This document shows, piece by piece, positions 55,177-64,000 of a stretch of 64,000 nt of DNA (the first letter of the stretch is position 1; each line of letters starts with the position of its first letter). Below the pieces are notes generated by a model. It was not told the origin of the DNA, did not search any database, and saw nothing but the letters and a program-made list of their open reading frames with translations. Source of the DNA: an uncultured delta proteobacterium (GTDB lineage: Bacteria > Desulfobacterota > Binatia > UBA9968). The stretch is from NCBI GenBank assembly GCA_963745035.1, contig CAVUVW010000013.1:1408001-1472000 (forward strand), given 5' to 3'. The position numbers were made by a program, and so were the translations under genes.

Positions 55177-56661
55177 ATGGCCACCGCACCGCGAGGCTCG
55201 TTTTCCAACGCCAACCGCCACATGCAGGAGGAGGAAAATCTTCAGCTCACCAGCGTGGGCGTCGATATCGGTTCCTCGACTTCGCATCTGGTTTTCTCCC
55301 GATTGGAGTTGACCCTGGAAGGTTCGCGCTATCGCGTCACCAAGCGCGATGTGCTGAACGAATCGGAAATTCTTCTGACCCCTTATGTCGACGACACTCG
55401 GATCGATGTTGAGGCATTGGAAAGCTTTATCAACGAGCAATACAAAAAGGCCAAGATCAAGCGCGAGGATGTCGACACCGGCGCGCTGATTCTCACCGGA
55501 GTCGCCGTTAGACGGCGCAACGCGCGCGCGATTGCGGAACTGTTTGCGGAAGAAGCCGGCAAGTTCGTCGCCGTGAGCGCAGGCGATGGCTTGGAGGCGA
55601 CGATGGCCGCGCATGGCTCGGGAGCGGTGGCGCATTCGGCAAAGATGGGCGGGGTTGTGCTGAATATCGATATCGGCGGCGGCACCAGTAAGTTCGCGAT
55701 CTGCAACAACGGCAAGGTTCAGGAGGTCTCCGCCATCGACATCGGCGCCCGCCTCCTCGCTTTCGATAAAAACGGCTCAGTCGTGCGCATCGAAGAAGCC
55801 GGCCGCAAGCACAGCGCTTGGGCGGGATTTTCAGTCGCCCTCGGCGACAAAATCCCTGAGGGGGACTTGCGCGCTATGGCTTCGGGAATGGTGGATAAGC
55901 TGTTTACCATCCTGAAACCGGATTCCATCACCGAAGACATCAAAGATCTCCTGCGTCTGCCGCCGCTCACCTATCAAGGCGAGATCGACTGCGTGATGTT
56001 TTCCGGCGGCGTGTCAGAATTCATCTACAATCGAGTCAAGACGAGCTTCGATGATCTCGGCCCTTTGATCGCCGAGGAAGCGCACAAGCGTGCCGGCGAT
56101 CTGGGTTTGCTCGTGATGGAGCCCAACGCCCGCATTCGCGCCACCGTCATCGGCGCTTCGCAGTACACGGTGCAAGTAAGCGGCAATACGATTTTCATCG
56201 CACCGGACGACGCCGTGCCGGTGCGAAACGTGGCGGTGGTCGCTCCGGAGTTTCCGCTAAACCAGGATGAGTTTACCAAAGACGCCGTGCGCGACGCGCT
56301 GCTCAACGCACTGCGGCGCTTAGATCTGCTGCACGGCAGGCAGCCCGTGGCCGTGGCTTTTCATTGGGACGGCTCGGCGACGTTTCACCGCTTGCAGGCT
56401 TTCTGTAGCGGCGTTGCGGAAGGCCTTAAAGACATTTTCGCCAAGGGTCATCCGCTTGTGCTCGTCAACGATGGAGACATCGGCGGCATTGTCGGACTGC
56501 ACTTCCAGGAGGAGCTGCAGATGCAAACGCCGATCATCTCTACCGACGGCATCGCGCTCAGCGACTTCGACTATATCGACATCGGCGCGCTGATTCCGTC
56601 GTCCGGCGCCGTGCCGGTGGTCATCAAATCGCTGATCTTCCCCGCCTCGCCACAGCAGTAA
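55177..56661 (+). CDS. eutA: EutA-family (ethanolamine ammonia-lyase reactivase-like) ATPase
   Basis: SVGVDIGSSTSHLVFSRL, DTGALILTG, FVAVSAGDGLE..MAAHGSGA, NIDIGGGT, FSGGV, IRATVIGAS, DYIDIG, VPVVIKSL. Confidence 0.9.
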   Translation: MATAPRGSFSNANRHMQEEENLQLTSVGVDIGSSTSHLVFSRLELTLEGSRYRVTKRDVLNESEILLTPYVDDTRIDVEALESFINEQYKKAKIKREDVDTGALILTGVAVRRRNARAIAELFAEEAGKFVAVSAGDGLEATMAAHGSGAVAHSAKMGGVVLNIDIGGGTSKFAICNNGKVQEVSAIDIGARLLAFDKNGSVVRIEEAGRKHSAWAGFSVALGDKIPEGDLRAMASGMVDKLFTILKPDSITEDIKDLLRLPPLTYQGEIDCVMFSGGVSEFIYNRVKTSFDDLGPLIAEEAHKRAGDLGLLVMEPNARIRATVIGASQYTVQVSGNTIFIAPDDAVPVRNVAVVAPEFPLNQDEFTKDAVRDALLNALRRLDLLHGRQPVAVAFHWDGSATFHRLQAFCSGVAEGLKDIFAKGHPLVLVNDGDIGGIVGLHFQEELQMQTPIISTDGIALSDFDYIDIGALIPSSGAVPVVIKSLIFPASPQQ

Positions 56662-57022
56662 ATCCTAGCGCTGAGTCGCCGCAGTCGGCGGAGTTTCTGC
56701 CACGGCAAAAAAACCGGTGTGACCGTCACAATCCAACACCATAATATTTTCCGTCACGGCAATCCTCCGCGTTTTCTTAAGCAAGGAATTCTTATCAATT
56801 ATTGCGCGAAAATAGCTCGCTTGTGATGCCAAACACCCCGGCAAGGGGATTGCGCGGCGGGGGAAGGCACTGGCAATTTTGCGCATCTGGCTCTCCGGCG
56901 CATTCATTTCCTCGAATGACCACCGCACGACAAGCGTTGACAAAAAAGACTGCCGGATGTTTGCCTTTGTCGCGCAAATCCAAAAAATGTTTAAAAACTT
57001 CGCGAAAGCACCTGCGTTATTC

Positions 57023-57051
57023 TTGACATTCGCGGTCGTTACGCCTAAAAA
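57023..57051 (+). promoter_or_regulatory. Probable sigma70 promoter
   Basis: TTGACA-N17-TAAAAA ending 30 bp upstream of ATG 57082. Confidence 0.5.
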
Positions 57052-57081
57052 GTCGCCCATATTCAGCGGGACAAAAAAACC

Positions 57082-57918
57082 ATGTCCAAATACCGCGCTC
57101 GTCATTGCCCCAAATGCAACTACTTTATCGGCTTTTCGGTCATCAAATCGGTGATAGGAAACCGTGAGGCGCCGGTGGCCAACTTCTGTCTGAATTGCAA
57201 CTACAGGCTGCCCGTGCGTAGTATTATCGACGGCGTTCGCAAGCCGGCCGCTCCCGTGCGCCGAGCCGGATTACGTTTGGTTCACAACACTTCGAGAGCG
57301 TCTCCTCTCGGATCCGAGAGCGAGAGCGGCGGTAACGACATGGAAACGAAAATTAGCCCGTTGGATTATGCGCGACATTTGCGCGCGATCGGTCAAGATC
57401 TCGAGATCCTTCACTTCAGCCAGTTCAATCTCGAGTTTACCGGCGACGCGTACCTTGTGTGGGTAAAACCCGGCGAGAGCTCGGAGCGCAGCCTGCCGCT
57501 GTTGCGCATCGGCAAGAGCCGGCTGCAGAAACTCTGGCGCAACCGGATTCCGCCGAGGACGATTGCTCAGGAAGAAACATTTTCTCTGTCCGCTTCTCAA
57601 ACCGGCAGACGGCTCAGATACTCTGTACAAGAGTTGGATCGCATCGAAAGAGAGCAGCGCGCGCGGCGACGACGAAAAAGCGTCAGTGCGGACGGTCATT
57701 CCTTATCGCAGTTGCTGCGCACTCTCGGGGACCTGCTGGGCCAGAGAAGCGAGCGCCTTTTGGGCATTGCTTGGCAGGACCTTTCCATCGGCGTCGTCCT
57801 CGAAACGCCGCAGGGGCGAAAAGAAATCGAGGTCTTTCGACCCGACAACTTGTATGATCTCTGGGTGCGTATGTACTTAAAACGGGATAACCGAGCTTTC
57901 TTCGATACGCCCCGTTAA
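57082..57918 (+). CDS. Hypothetical protein: N-terminal Zn ribbon plus a duplicated unknown domain
   Basis: CPKC...CLNC; long open frame filling the gap between flanking genes; possible internal start at METKIS (57340). Confidence 0.65.
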   Translation: MSKYRARHCPKCNYFIGFSVIKSVIGNREAPVANFCLNCNYRLPVRSIIDGVRKPAAPVRRAGLRLVHNTSRASPLGSESESGGNDMETKISPLDYARHLRAIGQDLEILHFSQFNLEFTGDAYLVWVKPGESSERSLPLLRIGKSRLQKLWRNRIPPRTIAQEETFSLSASQTGRRLRYSVQELDRIEREQRARRRRKSVSADGHSLSQLLRTLGDLLGQRSERLLGIAWQDLSIGVVLETPQGRKEIEVFRPDNLYDLWVRMYLKRDNRAFFDTPR

Positions 57919-57928
57919 TCCGATTCGT

Positions 57929-59839
57929 TCACCGCGCCGCCAACCGCGGCGCGGCCGAAAGGCTTTCCGTTTGCGTGGGCAACAGCAGTTGTTCGTGGGG
58001 CGCGCAACTCTGTTTGAGTGGCGCGGGAATTCTCACTGTGAAAGTCGAACCTCTGCCGGCGCTGCTCTCGACGCGAATCTCGCCGCCCAGCAGTTCGATA
58101 TATTTTTTGACGATGTAAAGTCCCAGTCCGACGCCGCTCCGCGAAGCGCCTCGGCTCGACTCCTCGCCGCGGCGAAATCGCTGGAAGATTGTCGGGATTT
58201 GTTCCTGGGAAATTCCCGCGCCGGTGTCCGACACCTTGAACTCCAGGGTCTTTTTCGACAGCCAATAGCGCGCCGAGATCGTAACCGTTCCCCGTTCCGT
58301 GAATTTGATCGCGTTGTCGATCAAATTCTCGAGGATATGCCGGAGCTTTAGCCGGTCGCCCTGCACGCTCGGAAAATCCGACGGGTAATCCCACACCAGC
58401 CTCATGTCGGCGCCCAGCGGCGAATCGTACGATGCCCGCAGCTCGGACAAAAATTCCCAGACGTTGAGCTCGTGCAACTCCAGATGAAGGGGCTCGGTTT
58501 CGATGTTGCTCACCTGCAGCACCGTGTTGATCAGCCCGTGCAGATCCTTCGACTGCCTGGCGACGCTCTCCATCGCCTTTTCCTGAAGCGGCGTCATGGC
58601 GCCTAGCAATCCCTCCAAAAACATCCCGGCATAGCCGGTGATGACGTTCAGAGGAGTCTTGAGCTGGGTGGAGACGGCGCGCAAAAACTCGTCTTTGACA
58701 TTGTGCGCACCGCGCAGCTCCTCGGCTTGTCGCTGGCTTTGCTGGTAAAGCTCGGCGTGATGAATAGCGATCGCCGCTTGTCCGGCCAAAGTGGAGAGAA
58801 AATCAATCTCTTCTTCCTTGAACTCGTGTTCTTCGCGCGCGAGAAAAACCAGATAGCCAAGGGTGTCATTGTTCGCGACCAAGGGCACGCTGATGAAAGA
58901 CGAGAGTCCTTCGATCTCGAAAAATCTCGCGTTCTCAATAACCGGGTCCCGAAAGGCGTTGGCGACCGTAAGCACGCGCCCCTCACTCGCTACGCGATCC
59001 ATAAACTCCAGCGCGTCTCCCGCGCCGATGAGTTGCCTCTCCTGGAACCCGCGCGCCGCGGCGGTCTCGATGGTACCTGTTCCCCGCGTCTTGAGCCGCA
59101 CCAACGCCGCGGCGTACGGCAAATAAACGAGCGCGGTCGTCAACAATGAATCGAGCAGCTTGGCCGAATCAATCGTCGACGTAATCGCGACGTTGATCTG
59201 GTGGAGCACTTCCAGCCGCTCGCGCTGGCGGCGAATCTCCTCGGCTGTCCGCTGCTGCTGTCTGGCCTGTTCGTCCTTTTCCCGCGCCTTGCGCCGGATT
59301 CGCTCCACTTGCGCGAAATAGCCGTAAAACAGCGAAATCACGAACGGGAAGGGAAGACGCAGATAGATCGCCGGATCAATTTCTCCGCCGCGATAAAAAA
59401 CAAGGTATGCGTAAACGAGCGGCGCCAGGAATGTTACCGCCAACAAGCCGCGCGTATCGTTGCAGATGCAACTTATAATCAGGGTGAAAAGGCACGCCGC
59501 ATAGAAATCGGGGCTTGCGGTTCCGCTGGTGCTCAGAACTGCGACCAGGACGATCGTATCAAAGACCAGCAACGGGCCGTAAAAATAAGGCGAGTCGAAA
59601 AGATCGTCCGCCAGAAAATAGAGCGTCGAGTGACTCAGCAGATACAGGATCAAAATTGCCTGCACCTGAGTCGGTGTCAGCCAGATGCTCGGCGCATAAT
59701 AAAGCAAATAGGACGAAAGAATGACCAGCGGCCAGCGCAGTCGAATAACAGTGTCTTTGCTGGCGGCGTTAAATAGCCGGTCGACGCCCCATGCCGAGCG
59801 CGGCAAGCGACCGGGCTGAGTGAGCGGGGAAAGAATCAT
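57929..59839 (-). CDS. Membrane-bound GAF sensor histidine kinase; start uncertain
   Basis: Several TM helices; GAF (SVPLV...LSTLAGQAAIAI); KDEFL..S..LKTPLN; NLIDNAIKF, DTGAGI, GVGLGL, GRGSTF. Confidence 0.88.
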   Translation of the reverse strand: MILSPLTQPGRLPRSAWGVDRLFNAASKDTVIRLRWPLVILSSYLLYYAPSIWLTPTQVQAILILYLLSHSTLYFLADDLFDSPYFYGPLLVFDTIVLVAVLSTSGTASPDFYAACLFTLIISCICNDTRGLLAVTFLAPLVYAYLVFYRGGEIDPAIYLRLPFPFVISLFYGYFAQVERIRRKAREKDEQARQQQRTAEEIRRQRERLEVLHQINVAITSTIDSAKLLDSLLTTALVYLPYAAALVRLKTRGTGTIETAAARGFQERQLIGAGDALEFMDRVASEGRVLTVANAFRDPVIENARFFEIEGLSSFISVPLVANNDTLGYLVFLAREEHEFKEEEIDFLSTLAGQAAIAIHHAELYQQSQRQAEELRGAHNVKDEFLRAVSTQLKTPLNVITGYAGMFLEGLLGAMTPLQEKAMESVARQSKDLHGLINTVLQVSNIETEPLHLELHELNVWEFLSELRASYDSPLGADMRLVWDYPSDFPSVQGDRLKLRHILENLIDNAIKFTERGTVTISARYWLSKKTLEFKVSDTGAGISQEQIPTIFQRFRRGEESSRGASRSGVGLGLYIVKKYIELLGGEIRVESSAGRGSTFTVRIPAPLKQSCAPHEQLLLPTQTESLSAAPRLAAR

Positions 59840-60090
59840 CGAAATTGATCCGATTGGCAGAAACAAAGTCGACTTTTCTGCGAGTTGTGCATATTGCATG
59901 CCACCGATAGGCATGCCGAGCCACTCCGATTGTCCGCTCGTTTTATTAAGGATTTTGACAGGTTAAAAGCCGAGCGGAGAAACTCAACGAGCGTTTCAGC
60001 GGCTGCGCTGGAACAATTTTGTAGCCGGTCCCGCTGAAAGCGTTGCACTGGACACAAAAGAAGTAAAAACTCGCGCCGGCCCGGCGGGCC

Positions 60091-60570
60091 TCAAGTCGCG
60101 GCGGCTTTGAGTTTCTCTTGCGCGGCGCGAACGGCGCGGAGAATGTCCGCATAACCGGCGCAGCGGCAGAGATTACCCGCGAGATACTCGCGGACTTCAT
60201 CGTCCGAAGGGCGGGGATTCTCGTCGAGCAGTGCTTTGACCGCCAAGACGAAGCCCGGCGTACAATAAGCGCACTGGAGCGCCCGCTCGGCCACGAACGC
60301 CTGCTGAATCGGATGGAGCGACTGTCCATCGCCAAGGCCTTCAAGAGTGGTGATCTCGTGGCCGCCCGCGCGGGCCGCGAGCAAAAAGCACGAGCTCACC
60401 GGATGCCCGTCCAGGAGTACCGTGCAGCTGCCGCACGCGCCGACCCCGCAGCTTTCGCGCACGCTCCAGAGCTTGAGCCCATCGCGCAAAACTTCGAGCA
60501 GCGTATCGGCATCGTCGATACCTAATTTTTCATCGCAGCCGTTTACCCTAAGCGTAATTTCGCGCTTCAT
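60091..60570 (-). CDS. Xanthine/CO dehydrogenase family 2Fe-2S subunit (CoxS-like)
   Basis: CGVGACGSC, QCAYCTPG, GNLCRC. Confidence 0.95.
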   Translation of the reverse strand: MKREITLRVNGCDEKLGIDDADTLLEVLRDGLKLWSVRESCGVGACGSCTVLLDGHPVSSCFLLAARAGGHEITTLEGLGDGQSLHPIQQAFVAERALQCAYCTPGFVLAVKALLDENPRPSDDEVREYLAGNLCRCAGYADILRAVRAAQEKLKAAAT

Positions 60571-60599
60571 TTCGTCGGTTCTTTAACTAGGGCGGCACT

Positions 60600-61463
60600 T
60601 CAGGCCGTGCCATTGTGTAACTGATCAAGCGCTTTCTGCACGAATAGTCGCGCCATGCGCCGTTTGTACCATTCCGAACCACGCAAGTCCGAGAACGGGG
60701 AAATTTGCTGATCGAGCAAGTCAAGGACTCGTTCAGTTACTCCCTGGTCGAGGATTTGATCCTTGGCGAATTCCAGACCGCCGATCGATACCGGTGTTGC
60801 CGCCACACCGCCGAGCGCGACGCGCAATTCTTTGCACCGCCCGCTTTCTCTTGCAAGAAATCCGGCCACTCCCAAGCACGGCCAATCGTTTGCGGATAGC
60901 GCGGTGTAGCGCAGGTAAACCGCCCGGCTATTCTCCTGCGTGAAAGGAATTTTCACGTCGACCAAGATCTCTCCCGGCGCCAAAGCGGTCTCGTACATTC
61001 CCCGAAAAAAATTCCTTATGGGAATAGTTCGGGCGCCCTGGGGACCGAAGACGTTGATCTCAGCGTTGAGCACGAGCAACGCCGGCGGTGGATCGAGGCG
61101 GTAGTCGGCATGCGCAAGATTGCCGCCCACCGATGCGGTCTGGCGCACCCGCACGTTGCCGATGTGACCGAAGGCTTGGGCCAGTGCGGGGAATGACTGG
61201 CGAATCAATGGCGAAGTCTCGACCATGCGATGACTGGCGAGCGCGCCGATGCGCACGCCGTCAGTCTCGTTGTCGATGCCGGCCAAGCCAGGGATCGATT
61301 GAAGATCGACCAGGTAGCGATAATGCAGCGCGCGCTGCTTCATCAAAATAACCAGCGTCGTGCCGCCGGCGATCACGCGGCTTTCGTCGCCATGCTTCTG
61401 CAAAAGTTCGACGGCTTCGTGCAGCGAGCGCGGCTGGAGCAGATCAAAAGAACGAATCGTCAT
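60600..61463 (-). CDS. Xanthine/CO dehydrogenase family FAD subunit (CoxM-like)
   Basis: IAGGTTL, RIGAL, IGNVRVRQTASVGGNLAHAD, DLRGS. Confidence 0.93.
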   Translation of the reverse strand: MTIRSFDLLQPRSLHEAVELLQKHGDESRVIAGGTTLVILMKQRALHYRYLVDLQSIPGLAGIDNETDGVRIGALASHRMVETSPLIRQSFPALAQAFGHIGNVRVRQTASVGGNLAHADYRLDPPPALLVLNAEINVFGPQGARTIPIRNFFRGMYETALAPGEILVDVKIPFTQENSRAVYLRYTALSANDWPCLGVAGFLARESGRCKELRVALGGVAATPVSIGGLEFAKDQILDQGVTERVLDLLDQQISPFSDLRGSEWYKRRMARLFVQKALDQLHNGTA

Positions 61464-61628
61464 CGAGTTGCCTTCGGTCGTCGATGTTTTTATCCTCCCC
61501 CAGCGTCATAATCAAGCAGTGCAGAGCGACAAACTTTCTGAAATGTAAAGCAATCCATTCGCTGCCTGGTCCTGGTTGACAGTCGCCGGCAACTTTGACA
61601 TGAATCCGATCACGAGGAGGACACGACC

Positions 61629-62441
61629 ATGTTTGCAAGCATACGACACATCGCTGTGATGACCGAGAATTGGGATCGCGAGGCGAAGTTTTACCAGACG
61701 ATCTTCGGCATGAGAAAAATCACCAATGGCATGACCGACGAGACCGGCGAATACAATAAGAACCGCGGCCATCTGAGCGACGGCGTGATTGGCTTGGCGC
61801 TGTTGCAGCGTCAGCCGGGCTTCCGTGCGGGCTTCGATCATTTTGGCTTTGCCGTCGAGAGTGTCGATGTCGTGCGCGAGCGGGTCAAGCAATCTTATCC
61901 GGACATTTATATTTCCGAGAGCCCGGGCCACGTCCCGTTTGCCGGCCTGCGCGGCCACGACCCCGACGGCAACCAGTACGATTTATCGCAAAAGGGCATG
62001 GCCAATGTGCGCGAAGGGTACGTCGAGTTTGGCTGGGAACAGCCACGCTGGATCAATCACATTTGCATGCGCAGCGGTCGTCCGGCGTATATCGCCGAGT
62101 TTTACCAAAAAGTTTTCGATCTCCAACCGGTAGAGGGCTTGTCCGGCGACAATAGTTACTACCTCACCGACGGCAAAGTAGGCTTGGCGATCCGGCCATG
62201 GAGCATGGCTACTCACCGGGGCCTTTATGCCGGTCTGGAGCATTTTGGTTTCAAAGTCGACAGCCTCGATCAAACCAATAAGGACCTGGAAGCCCTCGCC
62301 AAAGACGCGCCAACTTCCGCGCCGCGAAAGGTCGCCATCGGCCGCGAAGGTGAACGGCACAAGCAAAATCTCGAAGGCTGCAAGCTGTGCAAGCAGAGCC
62401 TGTCCGATCCGGACGGTGTGCTACTGGATCTAACCGACTAG
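61629..62441 (+). CDS. Two-domain VOC family protein
   Basis: RBS GAGGAGG; IRHIA, DHFGF, DPDGN, INHIC, EHFGF, DPDG. Confidence 0.88.
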   Translation: MFASIRHIAVMTENWDREAKFYQTIFGMRKITNGMTDETGEYNKNRGHLSDGVIGLALLQRQPGFRAGFDHFGFAVESVDVVRERVKQSYPDIYISESPGHVPFAGLRGHDPDGNQYDLSQKGMANVREGYVEFGWEQPRWINHICMRSGRPAYIAEFYQKVFDLQPVEGLSGDNSYYLTDGKVGLAIRPWSMATHRGLYAGLEHFGFKVDSLDQTNKDLEALAKDAPTSAPRKVAIGREGERHKQNLEGCKLCKQSLSDPDGVLLDLTD

Positions 62442-62476
62442 ATTTTTCGCCACGACACGGCCTCGGCGGAGGGATT

Positions 62477-62825
62477 ATGGAATTTGCCAATATCAACGAC
62501 ACCATGCGCACGGCGCAAAACGAAAGCAAACGCTTCGTGCCGCTTTTCGGCAGCGAAACGTTTCGCTCATGGATACTCTATTTTCAGCCGGGCGATCACA
62601 CGGATATGCATTACCATTTGTCGCCCGAGACATTTCTCGTGCTTGCAGGGAAGGGCATCGGTCAAGGGATTAAAAGGCGAAGAGCGCATCATCGAGAAAA
62701 ATGAAATTGTCTTCTTCGGCGCCAAAGACTACTACCAGATCACCAACGTCGGCACGGAACCGCTCGTGCTTGTCGGCAACCGGTCCGAAGCTTTCGGCGG
62801 CGCCCACGTTACCGCAAAGGAGTAA
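62477..62825 (+). CDS. Small cupin protein, frameshift near 62650
   Basis: PGDHTDMHYH..PETFLVL then, in the next frame, IVFFG...YQITNVGTEPL. Confidence 0.82.
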
Positions 62826-62877
62826 TCCTCGGCAACTTTTCGCTCATGTGCCACACTACCTAGCCGCCCTAAATCGA

Positions 62878-63846
62878 ATGATGCGGCTGATATTCCACCT
62901 ATTCGTCGTTTCGCTTTCTCTCCTCATCTCGTCATCGCCGGCGGCGAAAGCCGCCGATGACGTCAAAATCGCCTCAACGGGTCCCGGCGTCAGCACTCTC
63001 CCGCTCGAGATCGCTTCGCGAAAAGGATTTTTTCGCGACGAGGGCCTAGATGTTCTGACCATCACGATGCGAACGAATATTGCGGTCAATGCGCTTCTTA
63101 CCCGCAATGTCGAGTATGCGACTCCGAGCACGTCGGTGATCAAGGCAGCTACCGCCGGCCTGCCGGTCAAGTTGCTCGCCGTCTTGCTCGGTCGGCCCGA
63201 CTATTTTTTGACAGTAAAGAAAGAGGTCAAGTCGGTCAAAGACTTGAAGGGCAAGCGGGTCGCGATCGGCAGCTTCGGCGCTGCGGCTGATTTGGCCCTG
63301 CGCGCAGTCGCCAAACAGGATGGTCTGGACCCGGATCGCGATCTCATTCGATTGCAGATGGGCGGGGCCGCTTCCCGGTATGCCTCTCTCATCGCCGGCA
63401 GCGTGGACGCAACGATTCTGACATTACCCTACAACCTGCAAGCGGAAAGAGCCGGTTACAAAGATCTCCTCTGGTTCGGCGAGCACATGGAGTTGCCGCT
63501 TTCCGGTCTCGCCGCGCGCGACGAGACGATTCAGAAAAACTCGAAGCAGGTTGCGGCGATGATTAGAGCCATTTTGCGTGCCATGACCTTCGCAAGCGCA
63601 AACCGCGAGGAAACCACGCAGATGATCGCGAACTGGCTCAAGGTCGACCAAGAAGTCGCCGCCAGAAGCTACGAGCTCGGCAAACCGAGTTGGTCCGCCG
63701 GCGGCGTCGTCTCCGACGGTGCCGTGAAGGTATTGATTGATCAATCCCTGTTGGAGCTGAAGAGCAAGGACGCCGTCCCGCTCGACAAAGTCCGCGATTG
63801 GACCTTCGCCGCACAAGCGCGGCGCGAATTGGGAAAGACACGATAA
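62878..63846 (+). CDS. ABC substrate-binding protein (NMT1/SsuA/THI5 type)
   Basis: Signal peptide; KGFFRDEGLDV, DLKGKRVAI, GSVDAT. Confidence 0.88.
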   Translation: MMRLIFHLFVVSLSLLISSSPAAKAADDVKIASTGPGVSTLPLEIASRKGFFRDEGLDVLTITMRTNIAVNALLTRNVEYATPSTSVIKAATAGLPVKLLAVLLGRPDYFLTVKKEVKSVKDLKGKRVAIGSFGAAADLALRAVAKQDGLDPDRDLIRLQMGGAASRYASLIAGSVDATILTLPYNLQAERAGYKDLLWFGEHMELPLSGLAARDETIQKNSKQVAAMIRAILRAMTFASANREETTQMIANWLKVDQEVAARSYELGKPSWSAGGVVSDGAVKVLIDQSLLELKSKDAVPLDKVRDWTFAAQARRELGKTR

Positions 63847-63864
63847 GAGTATGAACGGCGACCC

Positions 63865-64000
63865 ATGAGCGCTTCCGTTAAAGAGATTGTTGACGCATAT
63901 GCCGCAGGCCCCTTAGCCGAGGCCTCCACGCCGCCCTCATCCTGGTACACCGAACCTGCCATTTTGGATCTCGAACAGCGCGCGGTATTTCCGCGCTCGT
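63865..64000 (+). CDS. Start of a Rieske ring-hydroxylating oxygenase alpha subunit (choline monooxygenase-like), 3'-truncated
   Basis: MSASVKEIVDAYAAGPLAEASTPPSSWYTEPAILDLEQRAVFPRS matches the family N-terminal T.P..WY....E...F..W pattern. Confidence 0.7.
   Translation, partial: MSASVKEIVDAYAAGPLAEASTPPSSWYTEPAILDLEQRAVFPRS

Noticed and set aside
56820-56960. Cobalamin riboswitch near eutA (GGGAAGGCACTGG)
   Set aside because: Motifs are out of order and incomplete, and the region is downstream of eutA.

Overview
GC-rich bacterial chromosomal window with about 57 genes, no rRNA/tRNA, CRISPR or intact mobile element seen. The gene content (many Bug/TctC and NMT1-type binding proteins, VOC, OCD, cupin-EutA, CoxSM) resembles Binatia-like deltaproteobacteria; that placement is inference only. 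About 20 genes carry single-base frameshifts, most simply explained by uncorrected long-read indels. 0-7 kb: operon of paired paralogues (2 phytoene-desaturase-like, 2 FAH, 2 VOC) plus an isochorismatase-family gene. 7-9 kb: sigma54 activator, candidate UAS, -24/-12 promoter and a pseudo-receiver gene. 9-20 kb: TctC/TctA/TctB cluster. 20-26 kb: housekeeping (trxB, moaC, rlmI-like, radC, M23). 26-38 kb: catabolic enzymes (PrpD, cyclase, qor, AMDase-like, three OCD). 38.7-43.2 kb: a clear ZMP/ZTP riboswitch with terminator ahead of aminotransferase-serA-purA. 43-57 kb: binding-protein gene remnant, elaB/yqjE/yqjK-like genes, ggt, addB-addA-exonuclease, bicupin-eutA with a GTAG REP. 57-64 kb: Zn-ribbon hypothetical, GAF kinase, coxSM without coxL, VOC, cupin, ABC binding protein, start of a Rieske oxygenase. 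Intergenic spacers repeatedly carry 7-9 bp tandem arrays, some forming inverted pairs. All calls come from reading motifs by eye; no database searches were run.
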